DNA of 64,000 nucleotides from an uncultured Bacilli bacterium (GTDB lineage Bacteria; Bacillota_I; Bacilli_A; RF39; UBA660): NCBI GenBank assembly GCA_934096715.1, contig CAKOMQ010000004.1, positions 2,051 to 66,050 of the forward strand, read 5' to 3'. Shown piece by piece: positions 26,921 to 36,134 of this stretch (position 1 is its first letter; each line of letters starts with the position of its first letter). The notes under the pieces were generated by a model. It saw only the letters and a program-made list of their open reading frames with translations, ran no database searches and was not told where the DNA came from. The position numbers and the translations under genes were made by a program.

Positions 26921-27003
26921 AAAAAATTTTAACTTATTTTAAATTTGTGTAACTAAAAGCGTAACTAAAATTACTTAGTAGGTCTAAAACCATTTAATAC
27001 AAG

Positions 27004-27034
27004 CAAAAATGAGAGCTTTCGCTCTCTTCAGGGG
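27004..27034 (-). terminator. Intrinsic terminator downstream of the OLD-family gene
   Basis: Minus strand reads cccctgaagagagc-gaaa-gctctc followed by attttt. Confidence 0.6.
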
Positions 27035-27125
27035 AAATATTAAAAACTTATTCGCATTTATTCATTAGTGCATTAGATGAAATAATAAATGTTATAGATA
27101 CTTTAAAAGATAGCAAAACCGATGA

Positions 27126-28922
27126 TTAATTTTCATCAGTTGTTTTTAAAAAATCATATAATAATTTAAATTTTTCTACAACATCTTCTGATATATCTAT
27201 TTTCCTATTACACATAAATAATTCTTGAATTGCTTTATAATACATATTTTTAGTATATTTTTTACTTTCCGGGAAACATTTAAGTTGAATTTTATATCTC
27301 TCAGTATTCGGTATAATTGATTCCATGTTTTTCTTATTCCAATTTTTATCAACATCATTTAACATAAATATTTTTTTATCAGTTATACTTCCAAATTTTT
27401 CTTCATATCTTTTCTTACTTGATTTTGCAGCTTCATCAGAATCTAATAATACTTTAAACTTTTTACCCCAGCCAGAATATAATGATATTAAACTATCAAC
27501 ATTGGTACAACTCATACCAGGGACTAATGAAATATCTTCTCTATTTAAAATTATCTTAAAAAAATATTTTAATGCGTAATAATCATTTTTTCCTTCAAGT
27601 ATGACAACATTATCACACATTTCTAATTCATTTGGAACATATTCTAAAACATCTAATATTGGCTGAAAATAGCTTACATTTTGTGGAAATTCACTAACAA
27701 AGTCTCTATATCTGTAAATTTTAATATTGGTATCTGATGCGACAAAATCCTCATCTTCATCATTGTATGCATCATTTGTAACAACATAGGCTCCTTCTAA
27801 CCAATTAGGATTAATTAAATGTTGACTATGAGTTGTATATATTATAGTACATTTATCACTTATTTTTTCTAAACTTTTAATTAGCTGTTTTTGAGCTTTT
27901 CTTGATAAATTCGCAGCTGGTTCATCAAATAAAAATATTATATGTTTATCTTCACTTTTTCTATACCCTCTGAATTGTGTTAATAGTAAAAATACAAAGA
28001 ACCATCTAAACCCTAGCGACCTTTCACTCAAATGAAAGAAGCCATCATCTCCTTCAATTTTAAATTCAATAAAAACTCCTTTTTCATCTTTATCAACATC
28101 TACGTTAATTCTTTTAGCTTTGTTAGTTAATACCATAGACCACTTTTTTAATATTTCTTCGGATAATTTCCTTCCAATCTGCAAACAAATTTGTTTTACA
28201 TTATCCTTATCAGTTGCACTATTTGAAACAATTCTATCTACAAGGTGTTCATTAATATTCAATGAATCATCTAATGAATCTAAAATATCTTGAATAACTA
28301 ATCTATAAAATTCTCCTTTATAATCATCTGTCTTAAGATTATTTAAATATATTTTATCAGGCAAATCAAATAAAATTGTTGGAAAATACAATATTCTAGG
28401 CATTTTTTGTTTCATAAAGTTAACAACTTTATTCCATTCTTCTCCTTCTAATTTTGCCCCATATTTTGTTCTACTTTTTTTAGGTTTACAAATTAGTTCC
28501 ATTCCCCATTTATAAGATGAATTATCAAATTTAGAATTTTTGTAATTATATATTTGTTCTACCGTAATATTATTTATATCATTCATTAAAAGATATCCTA
28601 GCTCCAAGATATAATTCTTTAAATCTTTTTTATCCTTATCATTTAATTCTAATTCAAATACTGTTTTTATGTTCCCGTTAAAATTTGTCCTATATTTTAT
28701 TGGAATCAAATCATCTTTTGACGGTAAGATTGCATTGCTTATTTTAGTTAAATCTTTTTCGTCATTATATTCAAAGGAATTAATTGCTTCTAGCATCGTA
28801 GTTTTACCACTTTCATTTATACCTACTAATGTAAATACATTATTAACTGGTGACTTCGCCAGTGAAACATTAGCTTTTTCTATACCTTTAAAATTTTCTG
28901 CCGTAATATTTATTAATCTCAT
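27126..28922 (-). CDS. OLD-family ATP-dependent nuclease (ABC-type ATPase fused to Toprim)
   Basis: 598 aa. Walker A GINESGKTTMLEAI, SERSLGFRWFF, Walker B IIFLFDEPAANL, H-loop YTTHSQ. C-terminal Toprim-like VVILEGKNDYYAL and LLDSDEAAK. Confidence 0.75.
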   Translation of the reverse strand: MRLINITAENFKGIEKANVSLAKSPVNNVFTLVGINESGKTTMLEAINSFEYNDEKDLTKISNAILPSKDDLIPIKYRTNFNGNIKTVFELELNDKDKKDLKNYILELGYLLMNDINNITVEQIYNYKNSKFDNSSYKWGMELICKPKKSRTKYGAKLEGEEWNKVVNFMKQKMPRILYFPTILFDLPDKIYLNNLKTDDYKGEFYRLVIQDILDSLDDSLNINEHLVDRIVSNSATDKDNVKQICLQIGRKLSEEILKKWSMVLTNKAKRINVDVDKDEKGVFIEFKIEGDDGFFHLSERSLGFRWFFVFLLLTQFRGYRKSEDKHIIFLFDEPAANLSRKAQKQLIKSLEKISDKCTIIYTTHSQHLINPNWLEGAYVVTNDAYNDEDEDFVASDTNIKIYRYRDFVSEFPQNVSYFQPILDVLEYVPNELEMCDNVVILEGKNDYYALKYFFKIILNREDISLVPGMSCTNVDSLISLYSGWGKKFKVLLDSDEAAKSSKKRYEEKFGSITDKKIFMLNDVDKNWNKKNMESIIPNTERYKIQLKCFPESKKYTKNMYYKAIQELFMCNRKIDISEDVVEKFKLLYDFLKTTDEN

Positions 28923-28949
28923 ATTATCCTCCTTCTACAAAAGAAAAAA

Positions 28950-28971
28950 TTCTATAATTTAATATAGAATT
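28950..28971. promoter_or_regulatory. 8-bp-arm palindrome between the putative promoter and RBS of the OLD gene
   Basis: attctata-atttaa-tatagaat, 28-49 nt upstream of the start codon. Confidence 0.2.
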
Positions 28972-29122
28972 ATTATGACATTATTGTATCAAATTTTGTC
29001 TAAAAAGTCAGTAATATCCATTAAATTTATAAAGCTATTTTCATAAAATTCGTTCCCAACTTGTTCACAAGAATTTTTGTAAAATTTTCAAATACCTTAC
29101 AATTCCTTATAAACATTGCCAC

Positions 29123-29247
29123 AAAAAATGAGAGTGAAATAAATTGCTTCACTCTCTCAGGGGGTTTTGGTTGATCAACTCTCACCTTTGAATTCGTAAG
29201 AGTATCACGAAGGTTAGCATGACGAACGTCAGTCGTTACTATCATGC
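29123..29247 (-). ncRNA. Candidate ~125-nt structured RNA or transcription-attenuation leader (class unknown)
   Basis: Minus strand has ttgaca (29283-29278), a 17-nt spacer and taagat (29260-29255). Then stems gcatga...tcatgc and accuu...aaggu, palindrome guugaucaac, and terminator gagagugaa-N9-uucacucuc plus U6. Confidence 0.3.
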
Positions 29248-29304
29248 TATAATAATCTTATCCTAATTAAGATTAATTGTCAATTCCTAAAACAGCATTT
29301 GACA

Positions 29305-31269
29305 CTAATTTATAAAGTTTATGTTGTTTATTATTTTTTTATAATAACTATTATTTAAATATTCTTCACTATCAATAAACTCATCACTATCTTTTTTAGC
29401 TTGCATAAGTATCTTATTATCTCTTCTTATATTAGCTATCTTAAAATTAAAATCTCCACTTTGCTTTATTCCAAACATATCACCAGCTCCCCTTAACTCA
29501 AAGTCTTTTTCGCTAATATAAAACCCATCATTACTTTCTACTAAAACATTTAATCTTTCTGTATCATAATTACTTACCAAATAACAATAAGACTCTAAAC
29601 TGTTTCTCCCTACACGACCACGAAGCTGATGAAGTGTAGCAAGCCCAAATCTCTCAGCATTATAAATAACCATCATAGTGGCATTACCAACATCTACCCC
29701 AACTTCTATTACAGTTGTACTTATAAGTATTTTAATCTTACCTAGTTTAAAATCATTCATTATGCTATCTTTTTCATCATTACTAAGTTTACCATGTAAT
29801 ACCCCAATAGATACACCTTTAAAGGCACTTTTAAACTTCTCTTCTAGTTCAATTACACTTTTTAAATCTAGCTCTTCATTATCTTCTATTAAAGGAGATA
29901 CAACATATATTTGATGTCCACTTTTTAATTCTTCATACATTTTATATAAGACATCTTTTATATCTTTTTCCTTCTTTAAAACAGTTTTAATCTCTTTTCT
30001 ACCACTAGGTTTACTTTTAATTATAGAAATATCTAAGTCTCCATAAATAGTTAAAGCATAAGTTCTAGGTATCGGAGTAGCAGATAAATATAATACATCA
30101 GGACATATACCTTTGTTTTCAAGTTTATGTCTATGATTAACTCCAAATCTATGTTGTTCATCTGTTACAACTAATCCAAGATTATTATAAATAATTTCAT
30201 CATTAAATAAAGCATGTGTACCAATAACTATATCTACTTCATGATTTTTAATTTTCTCATATATTACTTTTTTATCTTTCTTACTAGTTTTGCCTGTTAG
30301 CAACTCTACTCTAATATCTGTATCTTTAAATAGATTTACTATATTATTATAATGTTGATTAGCAAGTATCTCAGTTGGAGCCATAAGTACACTTTCATAT
30401 CCAGATAGATAATTTACATACATAGCCATTATAGATACAATAGTCTTACCACTACCAACATCTCCAAGTATTAATCTATTCATTCTGTAAGGACTATTCA
30501 TATCATTCATTATATCTTTTAAACTAGCTAACTGATCTACTGTAAGCTTAAAAGGTAATTTATTTATAAAGACATCTATATTATCTATATTTCTTTTAAT
30601 TCCTAATACTTTAGTATTATATCTTTTTAAATAATTAATCTTAAACATAAATTCAAATAACTCTTCATATATAAGTTTTAATCTAGCTTTTTTTATTTCT
30701 TCTAAACTACTAGGATTATGAATATAATTTAAAGCATCTTTTTTACTTATAAAATTATATCTATTATTAAGATAATTTGGTATTAAGTCAACCCACTGGG
30801 CAAATGGTAAAGCATTTAAAATATATTTATGAATACTTGTATTCTTAATACCATAAGTTAAATGATATATAGGAGTAATAGAATTATCCATAGTATTAAA
30901 TTTAATATCACTAGCTACAAAAGTGTTTTTATACTTATCATATTTACCTATTAATAATACTTCTTTATTTTGAGTAATATTAGTTTTAAGAAAAGCCCTG
31001 TTAAAAATAGTAACACTTAGTAGTACATCTTCACTAATAGCTCTAAAAGTCATTCTATTAAGATTTCTTTTTATATAAAATACTTTAGGTATTTCAATAA
31101 TAGTAGCTCTTACTGTATATGCTTCACTAATATCATGAATACTATTTATTTTAATGAAATCATATCTATATGGATAATAATTTACTAAGTCATCTATGCT
31201 ATAAATATTTAACTTTTCTAAATCTTTTTTAGTCTTTAAACCTATACCATTAACACTCTCTATATTCAT
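29305..31269 (-). CDS. recG: ATP-dependent DNA helicase RecG
   Basis: Start moved to the Met at 31269 (RBS gtgggag). Motifs GDVGSGKT, DEQHRFGV and QLRGRVGR. Confidence 0.9.
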   Translation of the reverse strand: MNIESVNGIGLKTKKDLEKLNIYSIDDLVNYYPYRYDFIKINSIHDISEAYTVRATIIEIPKVFYIKRNLNRMTFRAISEDVLLSVTIFNRAFLKTNITQNKEVLLIGKYDKYKNTFVASDIKFNTMDNSITPIYHLTYGIKNTSIHKYILNALPFAQWVDLIPNYLNNRYNFISKKDALNYIHNPSSLEEIKKARLKLIYEELFEFMFKINYLKRYNTKVLGIKRNIDNIDVFINKLPFKLTVDQLASLKDIMNDMNSPYRMNRLILGDVGSGKTIVSIMAMYVNYLSGYESVLMAPTEILANQHYNNIVNLFKDTDIRVELLTGKTSKKDKKVIYEKIKNHEVDIVIGTHALFNDEIIYNNLGLVVTDEQHRFGVNHRHKLENKGICPDVLYLSATPIPRTYALTIYGDLDISIIKSKPSGRKEIKTVLKKEKDIKDVLYKMYEELKSGHQIYVVSPLIEDNEELDLKSVIELEEKFKSAFKGVSIGVLHGKLSNDEKDSIMNDFKLGKIKILISTTVIEVGVDVGNATMMVIYNAERFGLATLHQLRGRVGRNSLESYCYLVSNYDTERLNVLVESNDGFYISEKDFELRGAGDMFGIKQSGDFNFKIANIRRDNKILMQAKKDSDEFIDSEEYLNNSYYKKIINNINFIN

Positions 31270-31475
31270 AACTAACTCCCACTTAATTATAGCATAAAAT
31301 TTAGAAGAAAATATTAAAAAAAGGGTTGACAAACCCCATAAAATCGATTAGGATAGTAATCACCAATTTGCAAAAGAGCAAGTTGGTGCTAGTATCACAC
31401 TAGTCAACCCCTTTTTATTCTTTGGAAGTCACCCTTCGTGGGTGGCTTTCTTTTTTTATTATATTAAAATTATAT

Positions 31476-34400
31476 TTATAGTTGGATATTTTTTGACTGA
31501 ATTTGTTCTTTATCTAAAGATTTCAAATAATTTTTTAAAGCTTGAGTCATTTTATTATATCCAGATTCATTCATATTATTAGCAATAAAATTATCATGAG
31601 AATATTGATTTCTACGTTCTGCTAAATGATTTTCACCAAAGTCCCATATTTGATAAGCTGATTTAAATTCAGCAAAGTTTTTGCCTTCAGCTGCTTTAAC
31701 AAAACTTGTAGCGGCATCAATAAAAGAACCACCATTTTGAAGAATCCAATTTTCAATTCCAACGCCACCTAAACCACCTTGTGGAACTTCTCCACGATTT
31801 GGTTTATACACTTCTGCTTTTTTTAATACTTGTTTAGCAAGTAATATATTAGCAACAACAAGGTTATATTTTTCCGTATCTAAATTTTTAATAGTTGATA
31901 ACCTGTCTTGTAACGCCATTTCTGTAGAATATGATATTTTATCTGTCTTATTAGTAAACGTAATATCAATATCAACATTAGTATCATTATCAATTTGAAC
32001 ACCCTTTAACCTAAAATCTCCTGACGCAATTATTTCTGAAGAATTTTCTTTACCTAAATTTTTCAATATTGTCCTTTTTAATTCATCAACTTTTTGTGAA
32101 CCTGATATTATTGATTTATCAAGTCTCATCATAAAATCAAAATCTCCATCACCAGGTTTATTTGTTCCCCTACCTGTTGATCCAGTGTCAATTAATTCTA
32201 CAACTCCTTCTGTTAAATCGCCATCAATCTTTGTTTTTAAATGTAACCCTAATTCTTCAAGAGATTTTTTTATAATCGAGTTAATTTTATTTCTCTTTTC
32301 TTGAGTTTCAAGATTACTTTGCTCTATTTGACTAGTTAATTCTATTGTTTCATTTGTAACCAAATTTTCAGAAAATGAATAATTATTTTCGCCAAAATGA
32401 GATAAACCACTCATTTTTTCTCTTAAATTATCATAGTCCTTAGGAGTAAATACAATTTCTCCTTTTTTATTAGCAACCGGTATATAAAAACCATTCATAG
32501 CAATTTCTAATCCAATTTTCGAACTATCTTCATTGGTTAAAATATAATTTATTTCACTGGAAGCAAACCCAGTTCTTATTCCATAGTGATCTACACTTGA
32601 TAAAGTATGAAAAACTTCTAATTTTGATAAATTTCTTTTTACATCTAATTCTTCTGAATTATTTCTAGTTGTTATAAATCTATCATCATTCTTCAAAACA
32701 AACCATATTGGTCCATAATTATTTGCTATAAGTCCTTCCATTTTATCACTAACCGAACCATCAGATTTCAATACCATAGATACATCGGTATCAAGTGGTG
32801 TAGAGTCACTTCCCGCACTTGCACCTAGATATTCTTTAGATACACTACCATTTTGTAATATATTACTTAAATAATCAATACTTCCTATTCCTTTAATAAA
32901 ATCTCCTTTTTCTAAAATCAAATCTAAGCGAGCAGCATTCCTATTTCTAGAATCAGCAACACTAATTTTATTAGAAATATAACTTTTAGCTTCTTCTAAT
33001 GTATTTATTCCTGCAAATCCACAAAACATTCTAATAACTCTATCAGCTAAGTTATAATCCAATGTATCATCTGAAGATAATTCTTTTACTAATTGCAAAA
33101 TATCATTTAATATGTCCTTACTAATTGTAAAAGTTTTATTATCGCTTTTTGACTTTTTAGTATTATTATACAAAGTTGCTAAGTGATTTCTAAAAGTAAT
33201 TAATTCTTTCATATCAGATTCACTTAATGAATCAAACTGTAAGTGTCCGTTTTTAATCTTTTCATACAAACTAGAACCTATTTCTATATTTTTCAAATAG
33301 TTATTTACAGATCTATTATTTGAACCAAAAGCACATTTAATTAAATCAGAAAATACAATTACTTTTTTACCTGAAGTAGATGCGTTTTTCAATACCGGCG
33401 AAACTATCGAATTATTAAAATCAAATCCTTGAAAATCAGGATGCAAAATTTCAAAACAAGAATAAATTTTTCCAACTACTGGAATGTTATTTTTTACAAA
33501 CATTTCTTCAATTTTATTTAAAGCATCAAACGGTTTATCGGTACACAATATTTGCTTAGCAAGTTCATCCGCAAAAGCACTTATTTCACTAGAATTTGAT
33601 AAAGAAAGTCTTATTAGTATTTTCGCATGATATTCTACCTTCTCAACATTTATTTCAGAGCCAAAATTAATAATATATTCTCTAAAAATGCTTTGACTCT
33701 TAATATCAAACAACTTTGCATATTCAGAAATTACTTTTAAATAATTATGATTTGCTAATTTTATATCTTGCATATCATTAAATGCCGGAATTATCCAAGA
33801 ATACTCTTCAGAAAAGCCAAAAGAAATATTAGTGTTATTAAAATAATTTAATACTTCAGGATGACTATTTAAATATTCGATAGTCATGCTTCTATCATAA
33901 AACATCTTTTTAATTTCTTCAGGAGTATTATTATCTAAAAACATATTTGGATTATTGGCCTTAAAACTATCAGCAATATTTTCATCATATTTTAAATTGG
34001 ATTCAATAATATTCTTTAAAATTACTCTGTCTAATTCACTTAGTAATTCTTCTTTGCTAAAATTTAAATCAAACTTAAAATCATCAAACTTATTATTATT
34101 AAAAAGGTTTTCAATATATTTACCATATAAAATCATTAAACTAAAGACTTCTTCTGAACTAAATAAATTATTAAAATAATTTATTATATTCATAAAATCA
34201 TTATGATTATTATTTTTAACGCACAGTGGCATATATTTAAACAAAACTTCTAAATTAACATTTTTTAAATATTTAATTAACGCAGGATTTGCCAATAAAT
34301 ACTCTGTAGAAAGCGATCTATTATAAAACATTTCTTGCAATTCTTGTGGAGCATTACTATCCAAAAACATTGATGGATAAGATTTTACTAATTCTTTAGG

Positions 34401-36011
34401 TATATGTTCTGGATATTTGATGCCACGCTCTATAATTACCTTTATACAAGTATCATTTAGTTTTTGAGTAATTTGATTTATATTATCATCTATCGATAAT
34501 CTTATATCTGGTTCTTTATTAAAAACAATATCAAAAACATCTTCATATTCAGTAATGAATGCAATAAAATCAGAAAATTCTAATTTATTATTAAGAATAT
34601 TAAAAAAGTAAAAAAAATTTTGATTTTCATCTTGAAAAATATCACGATCAAATTTAAAGTAACACGCAAATTTGTCTTTTAAAAATTCAATATAAGATGG
34701 ATTATTCAAAAGTAATTTAGGAGTAATAGATTTACTATAAAACAAATCTTGTAATTCTTGTGGTGCTTGTTCAGAAATAAATAAATCGGGATTTTTAGTT
34801 CTAAATTCACCGGTAATATGCCGATAATCAAGAGGCTTATTATCGCCATCCGGATATCCAGCCAAAAATCTTCTCATTATTTGATAAAATTCATCTTTAG
34901 TATATATTTCTCCCTTTTTTTCAAAATATGGTATATCGGTTTTGGGTCCATAGTGATATATTTTATCAATTGTCTTTAAAACTTCAAAATTATTTTTTGA
35001 AAAAAAGTGTCCACATTCATTATCAAAATCCACCACATTTTTAACTCCATAATCGGATAAAAATGATAATGAATTTTCATTATTTAAAACATTAAAAGGT
35101 AATAATTCACTATATGATTGTGGCAATAACTTCAATTCATCAATTACTTTTTCAACATCATATTTAGTAGATCCATTAAGATAATCTTTAAGAGAAGAAT
35201 ATTTAAATAATTCATTACATTCTTCATCAGTAAAATTATTTATTTTTCCAAAATTTTTCCGTTCTTTATCTAGTATTTTATCAGTAATTTGTTTAACATA
35301 ATTTTGTTTTTCTTCGTCTGAATTAAATTTAGAAATATCATCGATAACTCTATATAAATCTTGAAAAGAGAATCCATTTAATTTATCTAATATAATTGGT
35401 GCTAAGCCACCATAATTCGACATAAATTTTTTTAATTGATTATCTGTTATATGCGGTTCATTTGTACTATCATGTGACAAAAAATAACTTAGATCTTTTT
35501 CTTTAAATAAATCCCAATTTTTTACTATATCGAATAAGCCTAAATTCCGATTGTTATTAAATTTATCTGCTATATATTTTAAGGTTTCATCAACTTGTGA
35601 AACATCAAAAAATCTATCGGGATATACTTCACGCATTTTAGAACTAAAATTAGAAGGGGAAAGATGATCTATCACAGTTTCATATAACATTTTGTTTAAA
35701 TCATCAGGTTCTTTATTCTCATCTTCAGACATTAATAGTGCTCTAAAACCAGGGAATTTAAATCCATAATCAACTCTTAACATACCATGATTAATTAATT
35801 CCCAATCAAGCTTTTTACACTTATCAACGCCAAATTTTTCCACTAATTCTTTGTCATAACTAATAATACAGGAAATTGGCACTTTATTTTCTAAATCATA
35901 TTTCATATAATTACTAAAAGTAAGATTATTTTTATAAATGCTTTCTAAAATATGTTCGGGTACATCTAATCTTTTTCCAAATATTTGCCATTTACGATAT
36001 TTATAATTCAT
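31476..36011 (-). CDS. Giant (1511 aa) orphan protein with C-terminal Pol-beta-superfamily nucleotidyltransferase (class I CCA-enzyme-like)
   Basis: Uninterrupted 4.5-kb ORF. The C-terminal ~240 aa carry TGSTGRGTNKPGDGDFDFMMRL (GS...DxD), NVDIDITF (third acidic strand) and LLAKQVLKKAEVYKPNRGEVPQGGLGGVGIENWILQNGGSF. These parallel VGSYARNTW..EIDVFLLF / VDVVPCY / LLKGFLKANGIYGAE..GFSGYLCELLIVFYGSF of archaeal CCA-adding enzyme. I recognise no motif in the N-terminal 1270 aa. Confidence 0.7.
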   Translation of the reverse strand: MNYKYRKWQIFGKRLDVPEHILESIYKNNLTFSNYMKYDLENKVPISCIISYDKELVEKFGVDKCKKLDWELINHGMLRVDYGFKFPGFRALLMSEDENKEPDDLNKMLYETVIDHLSPSNFSSKMREVYPDRFFDVSQVDETLKYIADKFNNNRNLGLFDIVKNWDLFKEKDLSYFLSHDSTNEPHITDNQLKKFMSNYGGLAPIILDKLNGFSFQDLYRVIDDISKFNSDEEKQNYVKQITDKILDKERKNFGKINNFTDEECNELFKYSSLKDYLNGSTKYDVEKVIDELKLLPQSYSELLPFNVLNNENSLSFLSDYGVKNVVDFDNECGHFFSKNNFEVLKTIDKIYHYGPKTDIPYFEKKGEIYTKDEFYQIMRRFLAGYPDGDNKPLDYRHITGEFRTKNPDLFISEQAPQELQDLFYSKSITPKLLLNNPSYIEFLKDKFACYFKFDRDIFQDENQNFFYFFNILNNKLEFSDFIAFITEYEDVFDIVFNKEPDIRLSIDDNINQITQKLNDTCIKVIIERGIKYPEHIPKELVKSYPSMFLDSNAPQELQEMFYNRSLSTEYLLANPALIKYLKNVNLEVLFKYMPLCVKNNNHNDFMNIINYFNNLFSSEEVFSLMILYGKYIENLFNNNKFDDFKFDLNFSKEELLSELDRVILKNIIESNLKYDENIADSFKANNPNMFLDNNTPEEIKKMFYDRSMTIEYLNSHPEVLNYFNNTNISFGFSEEYSWIIPAFNDMQDIKLANHNYLKVISEYAKLFDIKSQSIFREYIINFGSEINVEKVEYHAKILIRLSLSNSSEISAFADELAKQILCTDKPFDALNKIEEMFVKNNIPVVGKIYSCFEILHPDFQGFDFNNSIVSPVLKNASTSGKKVIVFSDLIKCAFGSNNRSVNNYLKNIEIGSSLYEKIKNGHLQFDSLSESDMKELITFRNHLATLYNNTKKSKSDNKTFTISKDILNDILQLVKELSSDDTLDYNLADRVIRMFCGFAGINTLEEAKSYISNKISVADSRNRNAARLDLILEKGDFIKGIGSIDYLSNILQNGSVSKEYLGASAGSDSTPLDTDVSMVLKSDGSVSDKMEGLIANNYGPIWFVLKNDDRFITTRNNSEELDVKRNLSKLEVFHTLSSVDHYGIRTGFASSEINYILTNEDSSKIGLEIAMNGFYIPVANKKGEIVFTPKDYDNLREKMSGLSHFGENNYSFSENLVTNETIELTSQIEQSNLETQEKRNKINSIIKKSLEELGLHLKTKIDGDLTEGVVELIDTGSTGRGTNKPGDGDFDFMMRLDKSIISGSQKVDELKRTILKNLGKENSSEIIASGDFRLKGVQIDNDTNVDIDITFTNKTDKISYSTEMALQDRLSTIKNLDTEKYNLVVANILLAKQVLKKAEVYKPNRGEVPQGGLGGVGIENWILQNGGSFIDAATSFVKAAEGKNFAEFKSAYQIWDFGENHLAERRNQYSHDNFIANNMNESGYNKMTQALKNYLKSLDKEQIQSKNIQL

Positions 36012-36081
36012 ATGCTACCACCTATGATATCATTTTATCATATTTTTATAATTATCTACACTACTTTACAAATTCTTGTCA

Positions 36082-36122
36082 CAAAATAAAAAGTAAGATA
36101 ATGTTTTAGTGTTATCTTACTT
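36082..36122 (-). terminator. Intrinsic terminator after nifJ
   Basis: aagtaagataa-N10-ttatcttactt with a T-run on the minus strand. Confidence 0.6.
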
Positions 36123-36134
36123 AATAGATAATTA

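Noticed and set aside
29027-29245. 72-aa ORF between recG and the OLD gene
   Set aside because: It has no RBS and runs straight through a promoter-like element, stem-loops and an intrinsic terminator. The region is better explained as non-coding RNA or leader.
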